Shown here: piece after piece, positions 19,643-28,336 of the stretch
How positions within the stretch are numbered: the first letter of the stretch is position 1
How the letters are laid out: each line of letters begins with the position of its first letter
Assembly: GCA_029012125.1 (NCBI GenBank)
Contig: JAQXLM010000147.1
Coordinates: 2,014 to 66,013 of the forward strand
Direction of reading: 5' to 3'
Length of the DNA: 64,000 nucleotides
Source of the DNA: Eubacteriaceae bacterium
Lineage (GTDB): Bacteria > Bacillota > Clostridia > Peptostreptococcales > Anaerovoracaceae
Program-made: the position numbers and the translations under genes
Notes under the pieces: model-generated
The model's input: only the letters and a program-made list of their open reading frames with translations
Told to the model about the DNA's origin: nothing
Databases searched by the model: none

Positions 19643-19823
19643 AAAAAAGCCGAATGCATTCGGCTTTCCAGAGAGATGACATAAGCTATTTTAGATCAAC
19701 TATTTCGCTCTGTCCTCTTTGCCTGAGATATCACATTTGGAGTGATCAATTCCAAATGCTTAAACCTTCGGCGACCTATAAAAGGTACTCTCCAGAGAGC
19801 ATAGTTTCCGCTGTTCCTATGCT
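19643..19823 (-). ncRNA. Glycine riboswitch (single aptamer with 5' auxiliary hairpin) plus terminator platform
   Basis: Aptamer 19800-19707: CTCTGGAGAG...CGCCGAAGG...CTCAGG-CAAA-GAGGACAGAG. Terminator AAAGCCGAA-tgca-TTCGGCTTTTTT. Sits upstream of an AGCS symporter. Confidence 0.9.
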
Positions 19824-19937
19824 AAATAGCACTGAACTTGTAAACTAACGGTATAATGTTACCATATCGCTTGTAACAATGCAATGCCATTTTTTAAAAA
19901 ATATTCAATTTTTTTGTGATTATTCACAAAGAACCCT

Positions 19938-20804
19938 TTAGAACGTTAATTCATTAACAGATGCGATACCTTCACGCTGAACTCCACGGGCGAATTCCAC
20001 ATCCGGATACCCAAATCCCATAATAATATTGTAGAATCTTCCTTCAGGAACCCGGAGAAGCTTCTCAACTTCCGGCATTTTGGACAGGGCCCCTACAGGC
20101 AGGGTCATGATAATCGAGCCCAGGCCCTTGGACTGGCAGATTAAATCAAACCATGTGGCAGCAATGACAGGATCCACTCTCCACTGACCTTTGTTCATCT
20201 CAGAATGAATGACCAGAATATGTGGTGCATTTACGAAAAACATATCTCCCGGATTGCGCCTGGGCTCTAATGCCACCTGGTTTGCAAACTGTTCACCGTT
20301 GAAAATTCCCGGATATATACCCTCTTCTTCAGCAAGTCTGAAGGCTTCATCTCTGACGATTTTACGGAACTTATCCATTTCAGACTTCTTGTATACCACA
20401 TTGAAACCCAAGGTCTGAAAGTTACTTCCGGTCGGCGAGTTTTCCAGCAGACGAAGCATTTCGTCTATCTCCTCACGTGGAACCTCCTTGTCCAGATAGC
20501 TTCTGCAAGCTCTTCTGTTACGCATCAAAGCTTCCAGAGACTCAAAATCAGCCATTTTTTCCCGTCCGACGGAATCAGACGGATTCTTTCCAAGAATAGA
20601 AACGGCACCTGTAGGACATACTGCCAGACAGCGCTGGCATCTGTAGCATCCATCCCAGCCGGTAATTCCATCAGCCTCGGCCTTCATCTTAGGTACATTG
20701 TTTTCATCGAAATATAGAATTGCAGTAGAGCAAACCTTCATACAAAGCCCACATCCAATACATTTTTCACTATCCGCTTTAAAATTAAAACTCTTATTCT
20801 CCAT
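19938..20804 (-). CDS. Nitroreductase family protein with N-terminal 2x[4Fe-4S] ferredoxin domain
   Basis: CIGCGLCMKVC and CYRCQRCLAVCP motifs, RRACRSY, SPTGSN and GFGYP. Confidence 0.88.
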   Translation of the reverse strand: MENKSFNFKADSEKCIGCGLCMKVCSTAILYFDENNVPKMKAEADGITGWDGCYRCQRCLAVCPTGAVSILGKNPSDSVGREKMADFESLEALMRNRRACRSYLDKEVPREEIDEMLRLLENSPTGSNFQTLGFNVVYKKSEMDKFRKIVRDEAFRLAEEEGIYPGIFNGEQFANQVALEPRRNPGDMFFVNAPHILVIHSEMNKGQWRVDPVIAATWFDLICQSKGLGSIIMTLPVGALSKMPEVEKLLRVPEGRFYNIIMGFGYPDVEFARGVQREGIASVNELTF

Positions 20805-21507
20805 GGGAAATCACTCCACTTTCTGATAAAGATATACTTTCACCACCCAGAGCTGACTCCGGCATAGCAAAGCATTTAAAATAGTCCTTTACTCTGGCAA
20901 GAACTTCTCTTATCTCTCTAATAGGCTGACCACCGTAAACCATTTGATCACTTGAAGCGCCTATACATTCCATTCCCTGTTTTTCTGCAATATATAAGCT
21001 TCTGTATTCGTGATATGTCTGCGTTACGATAACAGCTCTTTCAACACCGAAGATATTCTTTGCCCTATACATTGAATCATAGGTCGAAAAACCTGCATGG
21101 TCACAGTAGATATCTTCTTCAGGGATTCCTGCATCACGAGTATATTTAAGCATTACGTGAATCTCATTATGACCTTCCGTGCCATTGTCACCGGTAAGAA
21201 GAAGTTTGGAAACAACACCCGAATTATATAATTCTATTCCAACGTCCAGTCTGTCTCTTAACATTGGTGAGGGCGTTTCCTCATCCTGTATTCCTGCACC
21301 CATAATAATTGCACACTGAGGCTGAATATCTGAAACTGCTTCCTTTTCTTCCTTCGTCAAGGAAGTCTTTTCTCCTTCAATAACAGCTGCAATACTGTCT
21401 TTTTCCATATTAATGACATGATTGTTAATTGTCATCATTCCGATACCCCCGATGGATGCCAGTATAATAACAACTGCAATTAATCTCAAAAGTATTTTCT
21501 TTATCAT
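20794..21507 (-). CDS. SanA/YdcF (DUF218) family protein
   Basis: GAG..PSPMLRDRL, DHAGFSTYDSMYRA, VTQTYH and REVLARVK motifs. Confidence 0.85.
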   Translation of the reverse strand: MIKKILLRLIAVVIILASIGGIGMMTINNHVINMEKDSIAAVIEGEKTSLTKEEKEAVSDIQPQCAIIMGAGIQDEETPSPMLRDRLDVGIELYNSGVVSKLLLTGDNGTEGHNEIHVMLKYTRDAGIPEEDIYCDHAGFSTYDSMYRAKNIFGVERAVIVTQTYHEYRSLYIAEKQGMECIGASSDQMVYGGQPIREIREVLARVKDYFKCFAMPESALGGESISLSESGVISHGE

Positions 21508-21974
21508 ACGCTAATATCTCCCAGGTCAAAGGCTATAACCTTCTTTAACTCTTCCAGAGTGGTTTCTATCTGTTTGCCGATTCTTCCGCCACTGAACATT
21601 ATGGTGTCAAAATCAGAAGCGCCTTCATCAATTACAGTTTTAAAAACCTTCTTCATTCCAACAGGTGAACAGCCGCCGTGTATATATCCTGTCAAAGGAA
21701 GCAGCTCCTTATTCTTTATCATTTCTATGTTTTTCTCTCCAACAGTCTTTGCCGCCTTCTTTAAATCAAGTTCCCCGCTTACAGGAACCAGAAAGACATA
21801 GTGATTCCCGGTTTTTCCTACAGTTACAAGGGTCTTAAATACCCTATCAGGATTTTCCCCCAGAAACTGTGCTACCTCCACACCACTAACAGCTTCACTG
21901 TCAGAATAGTCATGTATGGTATATTTCGCCTTCTTGCTATCCAGGAGTCTCATGGCATTAGTCTTTGATTCCAT
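21504..21974 (-). CDS. ybaK: Cys-tRNA(Pro) deacylase
   Basis: KTNAMRLL, FKTLV, TGYIHGGCSPVG and SGGRIG motifs. Start MESK at 21974. Confidence 0.9.
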   Translation of the reverse strand: MESKTNAMRLLDSKKAKYTIHDYSDSEAVSGVEVAQFLGENPDRVFKTLVTVGKTGNHYVFLVPVSGELDLKKAAKTVGEKNIEMIKNKELLPLTGYIHGGCSPVGMKKVFKTVIDEGASDFDTIMFSGGRIGKQIETTLEELKKVIAFDLGDISV

Positions 21975-21981
21975 TTTTTCC

Positions 21982-22611
21982 CTACTTTCCCTTGTATTCT
22001 TCGCAGTAATCTTTGATGCTGCAGGTTTCACATTTTGGATTTCTTGCAGCGCAGCAGTTTCTGCCGTGAAAAATCAGAGAATGATGAGTACGTGACCATC
22101 TTTCCTCAGGAATTGTTTCCATCAAAGCCAATTCGGTCTTCAAAACATCCTTCTCATCTACAAGCCCGATTCTGTTGGACACTCTAAAAACATGAGTATC
22201 TACCGCTATACGCTGTTGCCCAAAACCTACAGACAGAACCACATTAGCTGTCTTACGTCCTACTCCCGGCAGCGAAACAAGCTTATCGTAATCATCAGGA
22301 ACCTGTCCGCCAAAATCCTCAACCAGTTTTGCCGCCAGATTAACTATGTTCCTGGATTTTGTTTTATACATTCCAATTTTTCTAATGTAGCCGGCAACAG
22401 TCTCCGTATCAGCCTTTGCCAATGCTTCGGGAGTCGGATATGCCTTAAACAGATCAGGGGTGACCTTGTTTACGCTGACATCAGTCGTTTGAGCTGACAG
22501 CGCCACGGCAATAATCAACTGATATACGTTCTCATGATTAAGCGCACATTCCGCATCGGGATATGTTTCTTCCAAAATATCCAGTATTTTATTAACTCTT
22601 TCTCTTTTCAT
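21982..22611 (-). CDS. nth: Endonuclease III
   Basis: LSAQTTD, HhH motif LPGVGRKTA, VDTHVFRV and a C-terminal 4Fe-4S Cys cluster. Confidence 0.96.
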   Translation of the reverse strand: MKRERVNKILDILEETYPDAECALNHENVYQLIIAVALSAQTTDVSVNKVTPDLFKAYPTPEALAKADTETVAGYIRKIGMYKTKSRNIVNLAAKLVEDFGGQVPDDYDKLVSLPGVGRKTANVVLSVGFGQQRIAVDTHVFRVSNRIGLVDEKDVLKTELALMETIPEERWSRTHHSLIFHGRNCCAARNPKCETCSIKDYCEEYKGK

Positions 22612-22656
22612 AATGTATTTATGATAACACATATCGACATATTTATCTACCGTTTC

Positions 22657-22686
22657 TTGACATAATTGTATACAATACTATATAAT
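22657..22686 (+). promoter_or_regulatory. Consensus sigma-A promoter with GntR-type operator
   Basis: TTGACA-N18-TATAAT, with the perfect palindrome ATTGTATACAAT (22665-22676) in the spacer. Confidence 0.75.
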
Positions 22687-22715
22687 AGAAAAGCATTTTT
22701 TATTGGGAGTATGTT

Positions 22716-23387
22716 ATGTCCATCATTCAATATCTTGAGAACGGAAAAACCGACGAAAGTAAAAATCTTCATGATACACTGTATGACAAGCTGTTGGAAG
22801 ATATTTTGACCCGAAAGCTTCAACCGGGGTCAAAGCTTACTGAGAAGAGAGTATGCGATGAATACAATATGAGTAGAACCCCCGTGCGAGAAGCCTTCCG
22901 TCAGCTGGAAACAGAAGGTCTTATTGAGTATATTCCTAATCGTGGAGCTTTTATTATCGGTTTGAGTCAGAGAGATATTGATGATATTCTGGAGCTCAGA
23001 ACAGGCTGTGAGGTTACAGCTGTGAAATGGGCAATTGAAAGGATTACCGATGAAGAGTTTGCCGAACTGGAAGAGAGCTTTGAATTCATGGAGTTTTATA
23101 CCATGAAAAATGATATTGATAAAATGACCGATATTAATTCTGCATTTCATCAGATTATCCACAATGCTACTCATAACCCCCGACTGATAAGGCAATTATC
23201 TTCATATCAGACCTGTCTAAAATACTGCAAGCCTTCAAATTACAGTATTCCCGGCTATCTTCAAGCCGTTTTTGAGGAGCATCGGGAGATATTTCTTGCT
23301 TTCGTAAACCGTGATGTGGGAGCAGGTATAATCGCAATGATGGATCATATGGAAAACTCGGTTCGACGTCGAACCTTGTCGAAATAA
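22716..23387 (+). CDS. GntR family transcriptional regulator (FCD domain)
   Basis: SRTPVREAFRQLETEG winged HTH. N..FH...N...EH..I..H metal-site pattern of the FCD domain. Confidence 0.93.
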   Translation: MSIIQYLENGKTDESKNLHDTLYDKLLEDILTRKLQPGSKLTEKRVCDEYNMSRTPVREAFRQLETEGLIEYIPNRGAFIIGLSQRDIDDILELRTGCEVTAVKWAIERITDEEFAELEESFEFMEFYTMKNDIDKMTDINSAFHQIIHNATHNPRLIRQLSSYQTCLKYCKPSNYSIPGYLQAVFEEHREIFLAFVNRDVGAGIIAMMDHMENSVRRRTLSK

Positions 23388-23404
23388 CATATCTGTTGTA
23401 TAAT
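23360..23404 (+). promoter_or_regulatory. sigma-A-like promoter overlapped by Spo0A-like boxes
   Basis: TTGTCG-N17-TATAAT. TGTCGAA at 23377-23383 and perfect palindrome GGTTCGACGTCGAACC at 23360-23375. Confidence 0.5.
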
Positions 23405-23448
23405 GCTTTTATAAGTTAAAGTTTGATATTAGAATTGGAGAAAGTATA

Positions 23449-24318
23449 ATGTATAGAGCCGACGGATATCGCGTACGAACGAATTCGCCAATGTATGAAA
23501 TTGCACCCTACATAATGGATAAGAGATACGATGCTTCCAACAGCATCATGGAAGAAATCGATTATGAAATTCTTCGTGACTACACTTTAAAATGCAGAGA
23601 ACGAGGCGAAGCTGTCAGTCACATGGCTGTTATTATTGCTGCATACCTTAGAGTAGCATCTCAGAACCCATTCCTGAATCGTTTCGTCATGAATAAAAGA
23701 ATCTATTCACGTAACCATTTTTGTGTTACATTTGTTACCCTCTCAAAGACAGACAGCACGACTATAAAGATATACTTTAATCTTGATGATGATGTTTTCA
23801 CAGTAAATAAGAAGCTTAATGATGCCATAGAATCTGTTAAGGAAAAAGGTGAATCAACAGCTATGGACAGAATAGCAAACACCCTCCTAAGCATCCCCGG
23901 ACTGCTTACTGCAGGTGTAAGCTTCCTGAAGTTTCTGGATAAACACTTCTGGCTGCCTTTTGGAATCTGTGACGCAAGTCCGTTCCATACTTCACTGTTC
24001 ATCACTAATCTGGCATCCATCAGAGTTGACGCCATCTTTCATCATATTTATGAATTCGGCACCACAAGCATCTTCTGTGCCATGGGTCTTCCAAAGACAA
24101 AGGTTGTCAAAGATAAAGACGGAGAATTCAGAGAACATAAGGTTATGGAGCTGGGTATCGTAACAGATGAACGAATTGCGGACGGTCACTATTTCGGAAG
24201 ATGTTTCAGAGAATTTTCAAAATACCTTCACAATCCCGAATTACTGGAAAAGAAACCTGAAAGAATCGTTAAAGATACGGATATCAAACATAAAAATCCA
24301 AAATTCATAGTAAGGTAA
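23449..24318 (+). CDS. Stand-alone 2-oxoacid dehydrogenase E2-like acyltransferase domain protein
   Basis: P.LNRF, FITNLASI and TDERIADG motifs. No lipoyl domain. Confidence 0.7.
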   Translation: MYRADGYRVRTNSPMYEIAPYIMDKRYDASNSIMEEIDYEILRDYTLKCRERGEAVSHMAVIIAAYLRVASQNPFLNRFVMNKRIYSRNHFCVTFVTLSKTDSTTIKIYFNLDDDVFTVNKKLNDAIESVKEKGESTAMDRIANTLLSIPGLLTAGVSFLKFLDKHFWLPFGICDASPFHTSLFITNLASIRVDAIFHHIYEFGTTSIFCAMGLPKTKVVKDKDGEFREHKVMELGIVTDERIADGHYFGRCFREFSKYLHNPELLEKKPERIVKDTDIKHKNPKFIVR

Positions 24319-24322
24319 AAGC

Positions 24323-24366
24323 AAGACTGGCTTGGGTATTCCACCCTTCAAGCCAGTCTTTTCTTT
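24323..24366 (+). terminator. Terminator between convergent genes
   Basis: AAGACTGGCTTG...CAAGCCAGTCTT followed by a T-rich tail. Confidence 0.75.
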
Positions 24367-24378
24367 ATCTGATTACTA

Positions 24379-26970
24379 TTATTTTGTTTTAACTATCAGT
24401 TCTGCTCCGTCAGAATCGATTATTACACTATCACCGTCTACTATATCTCCTTTTATCAGCTTTGATGCTAAGGCTGTTTCCAGGTTCTTCTGAATATATC
24501 TCTTAACCGGACGTGCTCCGTAGTTTGGATCGTATGCCTCTGAGGCGATGAATTTCTTTCCTTCTTCAGTAAGTTCCAGAGTGATATCTCTTTCGGCAAG
24601 ATGTCTTTCCAGAGATTTTAGTGAAAGCTGTATGATATCTATAATCTGACCTTCAGTTAATGGACTGAATACAACAGTATCGTCGATTCTGTTTAGGAAT
24701 TCCGGTCTGAAGTAATTCTTAAGCTGATTTTCAACAGCTTGCTTTGTTTCCTCAGATATTGTTCCGTCCTCTCTGATTCCGTCAATCAGGTCTCTGCTGC
24801 CAATATTTGATGTCATAATGATGATTGTATTCTTGAAATCTACGGTTCTACCCTGATTATCTGTCAATCTGCCGTCATCCAGCAGCTGAAGAAGAATGTT
24901 GAAAACATCTGGATGAGCCTTTTCAATCTCATCGAACAGAATTACGCTGTACGGTCTTCTTCTTACTGCCTCTGTCAGCTGACCACCTTCATCGTATCCC
25001 ACATATCCCGGAGGCGCTCCTACCAGTCTTGAAACGGAATGCTTTTCCATGTATTCAGACATATCAATTCTGACCATGTTCTTTTCACTGTCAAAAAGTG
25101 CTTCCGAAAGTGCCTTTGCCAATTCGGTTTTACCTACACCGGTTGGACCCAGGAAGATAAAGGATCCGATAGGTCTGTTTTCATCTTTCAGACCTGCTCT
25201 TGCCCTCAATATGGATTCTGATACAGATATAACCCCTTCATCCTGTCCTATTACTCTTTTGTGAAGTATTTCAGGCAGTTTCAGCAGCTTTTCTCTCTCT
25301 GATTCTACCAGTTTAGCAACAGGAATTCCGGTCCATGCAGATACTACCTCTGCGATTTCTTCTTCTCCAACCTCTTCTTTCAGAAGATGAGACTCCTTCT
25401 CTGCTGCAATCTTTTCTTTCTCTTCTTCCAGCTTTTTCTCCAATTCAGGTAGAGTTCCGTATTTCAACTGAGCCAGCTTTTCCAAATCATAGCTTCGTTC
25501 TGCATCTTCTATCTGATGTTTAACTTCCTCAATCTGTTCCTTGGTTCCCTTCAGTTCTGTAATGGATTTTTTCTCTGTTTCCCACTGAGTTCTCAGAACA
25601 GCAGCCTCATCCTTAAGCTGTGCCAGTTCCTTTTCCAAAGTCTCAAGTCTGGCCATAGATGCTTTGTCGCTTTCTTTTCCCAGAGCCTGCTTTTCAATTT
25701 CAAGCTGCATAACCTTTCTTGATATTTCGTCAAGCTCTGCCGGCAGACTGTCAATCTCGGTTCTGATCTTTGATGCGGCCTCGTCCATAAGGTCAATTGC
25801 CTTATCAGGCAAGAATCTGTCCGATATATATCTATCGGATAATGTTGCACATGCAATCAAAGCATTATCAGTAATTCTAACTCCATGATGAATTTCAAAG
25901 CGTTCCTTCAATCCACGAAGTATGGATATGGTATCCTCAACAGTAGGCTGATCCACAAGAACCTTCTGGAAACGTCTCTCCAGAGCTGCATCCTTCTCAA
26001 TATACTTTCTGTACTCATCCAGAGTGGTAGCACCTATGCAATGCAGTTCTCCTCTTGCCAGCTTAGGCTTTAGCAGATTTCCGGCGTCCATGGAGCCCTC
26101 GGTTCTTCCTGCGCCAACAATATTGTGGATTTCATCTATAAACAGAATTATTCTACCTTCAGATTTTTCCACCTCATTAAGCACAGCCTTCAGTCTTTCT
26201 TCAAATTCTCCTCTGAATTTGGCACCTGCTATCAAAGCTCCCATATCAAGAGCAAAAATAGTCTTATCCTTCAGTCCCTCCGGCACATCACCGTTAAGAA
26301 TTCTCTGAGCAAGACCTTCTACAACAGCTGTTTTTCCTACCCCCGGTTCTCCGATAAGTACCGGATTGTTTTTCGTCCTTCTGGACAGAATCTGAATAGC
26401 ATGTCTGATTTCGCTGTCTCTGCCGATAACAGGATCCAGCTTGCCTTCTCTGGCCATCTCAACCAGGTCACGACCATACTTGTTCAAAGCATCGTAGTTT
26501 TCCTCAGGATTCTGACTTGTAACTCTCTGATTACCTCTAACCTTGGAAAGAGCCTGAAGGAATTTATCCCTTGTAATACTGTATTTAGAGAATATCTTAG
26601 CTGTAGGTGTTCCTCTTTCAGCCAGCATTGCAAGATAGAGATGTTCCACGCTGGTGTATTCATCCTTGAAGTTATCAGCCTCCTGCTGTGCTTTAATCAA
26701 AAGCTGGCTAAGTCTCCTGGATGCGTAAATATTATCGGCATTTCCCGACACCTTGGGCAGCTTTTCAATTTCCGCCTCAAGCTCTCCAATTAATGATGCA
26801 GGCTCTACCTCCATATACTTAAGGAGTTTTGGTATTAATCCGTCCTGCTGCATCAAAAGAGCAAGGTGCAGATGCTCTACCTCCAGCATCTGATGTCCTT
26901 CAGAAATTGCAATGTTCTGACACTCCATTATTGCACTCTGTGCATTCTGTGTAAATCTTTCAATGTTCAT
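24379..26970 (-). CDS. clpB: ATP-dependent disaggregase ClpB
   Basis: Clp N repeats, two AAA+ modules ([16 protein letters not shown]) and a long coiled-coil M domain, 863 aa. Confidence 0.97.
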   Translation of the reverse strand: MNIERFTQNAQSAIMECQNIAISEGHQMLEVEHLHLALLMQQDGLIPKLLKYMEVEPASLIGELEAEIEKLPKVSGNADNIYASRRLSQLLIKAQQEADNFKDEYTSVEHLYLAMLAERGTPTAKIFSKYSITRDKFLQALSKVRGNQRVTSQNPEENYDALNKYGRDLVEMAREGKLDPVIGRDSEIRHAIQILSRRTKNNPVLIGEPGVGKTAVVEGLAQRILNGDVPEGLKDKTIFALDMGALIAGAKFRGEFEERLKAVLNEVEKSEGRIILFIDEIHNIVGAGRTEGSMDAGNLLKPKLARGELHCIGATTLDEYRKYIEKDAALERRFQKVLVDQPTVEDTISILRGLKERFEIHHGVRITDNALIACATLSDRYISDRFLPDKAIDLMDEAASKIRTEIDSLPAELDEISRKVMQLEIEKQALGKESDKASMARLETLEKELAQLKDEAAVLRTQWETEKKSITELKGTKEQIEEVKHQIEDAERSYDLEKLAQLKYGTLPELEKKLEEEKEKIAAEKESHLLKEEVGEEEIAEVVSAWTGIPVAKLVESEREKLLKLPEILHKRVIGQDEGVISVSESILRARAGLKDENRPIGSFIFLGPTGVGKTELAKALSEALFDSEKNMVRIDMSEYMEKHSVSRLVGAPPGYVGYDEGGQLTEAVRRRPYSVILFDEIEKAHPDVFNILLQLLDDGRLTDNQGRTVDFKNTIIIMTSNIGSRDLIDGIREDGTISEETKQAVENQLKNYFRPEFLNRIDDTVVFSPLTEGQIIDIIQLSLKSLERHLAERDITLELTEEGKKFIASEAYDPNYGARPVKRYIQKNLETALASKLIKGDIVDGDSVIIDSDGAELIVKTK

Positions 26971-27046
26971 AATTACCCCTCCTTGTTTGTAGTCTTAATC
27001 TCTATAGTCATTGTATACCCACAAAATCAAAAAGTAAAGAAAAATT

Positions 27047-27073
27047 TTAGCACTCACGCAAAGTGAGTGCTAA
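27047..27073. promoter_or_regulatory. CIRCE element (HrcA operator) upstream of clpB
   Basis: Exact TTAGCACTC-N9-GAGTGCTAA. Confidence 0.95.
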
Positions 27074-27095
27074 CAGAATCAAAAATACTCTTTTA

Positions 27096-27818
27096 TCAAA
27101 ATACGATTGTCATTATGATATTGTATATGAAGTTAACACATGGTTGAAGAATCATGCTCGTTACATTAAACATTATGAGTATCATTAGGATGATGAAACC
27201 TTTATCATATATCTTATAGTACCAGTCGTATCGTTCAAGCTTGAACAGCTGGGTAAGTATTCCGAAACCATCAAGAGGCGGCACCGGAATAAGATTAAAT
27301 ACCATCAGTACTATATTGACTATAACAACATTCAGTAATATATCTACAAGAATGTCGCCTATGTATCCTGACACAAATTCAGGTGCGAATTCAAACAGTA
27401 TTCTTATAATAAAGGCGAAGACAAATGCCAGTATAAGGTTCATTGTTACGCCTGCCAATGCCACGAGAATTTCTCCAAGTCTTCTGTTCTTGTAATATCG
27501 CGGGTCAATCTGTACCGGTACACCCCATCCAAATCCGGCTATCAGCAATGCTATAAATCCGAAAGGATCTATATGTGCAAGTGGGTTTATTGTAACTCTG
27601 CCCTGCAGCTTAGGGATTGGATCTCCCAATGCGTTTGATACAGCTGCATGTGCAAACTCATGGAAGGAAAGTCCTATAATAATGGCAGGGAGCATTAGAA
27701 GTTTAAGTATGAGCCACTGCCCAATATTATTAAAATCTCCTTCTAAAACGTTAAGAATCACCATAGCTATTAGTATGATAAAAATCGGTGATCTTGTAAA
27801 ATTCTTTAATCTTCTCAA
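27096..27818 (-). CDS. Site-2 protease (M50) family membrane metalloprotease
   Basis: HEFAH, NPLAHIDP and FNLIPVPPLDG motifs. Likely TTG start at 27818 after AGGAG. Confidence 0.9.
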   Translation of the reverse strand: MRRLKNFTRSPIFIILIAMVILNVLEGDFNNIGQWLILKLLMLPAIIIGLSFHEFAHAAVSNALGDPIPKLQGRVTINPLAHIDPFGFIALLIAGFGWGVPVQIDPRYYKNRRLGEILVALAGVTMNLILAFVFAFIIRILFEFAPEFVSGYIGDILVDILLNVVIVNIVLMVFNLIPVPPLDGFGILTQLFKLERYDWYYKIYDKGFIILMILIMFNVTSMILQPCVNFIYNIIMTIVF

Positions 27819-27903
27819 TCCTATTCTCCTTTTCACTTGATTTGAAATATTTTATCACATTTATAAGTTCTGTCAAATATTATAAACTGAAAGGTGGTTT
27901 ACT

Positions 27904-28266
27904 ATGAATGATACTTTAGTATGTATTGACGTTTACACAGTTGCCGAAGGTGATACACTCCATTCCATTGCGGAAAAATACGATTTACCTGTTTCTCTTC
28001 TTATGAAGGTAAATGGAGTTGTTGACCCTTACAATCTTATGGTTGGTGCAAGACTATGTATTCCGGGTGACAAATCTCAGCTTCCCCACAGGGAAGAACA
28101 CAAGATGAAGGCACAGCAGCCAAAAACACATACGGTTAAGGCCGGTGATACCCTTTACTTAATTGCAAAGATGCACAGTATAAAGCTGGATGATTTAATG
28201 GACGCAAATCCAAGAGTTGACCCATATAATCTGATGATTGGAAGTGTTTTAAGGCTTCCTTATTAA
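27904..28266 (+). CDS. Two-LysM-domain protein without signal peptide
   Basis: YTVAEGDTLHSIAEKY...DPYNLMVG..LCIP and HTVKAGDTLYLIAKMH...DPYNLMIG..LRLP. Confidence 0.88.
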   Translation: MNDTLVCIDVYTVAEGDTLHSIAEKYDLPVSLLMKVNGVVDPYNLMVGARLCIPGDKSQLPHREEHKMKAQQPKTHTVKAGDTLYLIAKMHSIKLDDLMDANPRVDPYNLMIGSVLRLPY

Positions 28267-28268
28267 AT

Positions 28269-28314
28269 AAGACATCGCCCTGACATGACCGGGTCACGTT
28301 AGGGCGATGTCTTT
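28269..28314. terminator. Long hairpin between convergent LysM gene and spoIVA
   Basis: AAGACATCGCCCTGAC...GTTAGGGCGATGTCTT. Confidence 0.7.
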
Positions 28315-28336
28315 GATTCATATGGTGCGCTCAACA

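Noticed and set aside
19874-19889. Possible sigma-54 promoter (TGGCAT...) upstream of the glycine riboswitch
   Set aside because: No GC at the -12 position. A sigma-A TTGCAT-N17-TAACAT fits better.
26125-26793. Long antisense ORFs (222 aa here; also 7891-8535, 43524-44162 and 54461-55183)
   Set aside because: They lie opposite well-conserved genes, with no motifs or RBS, as expected for codon-bias shadows.
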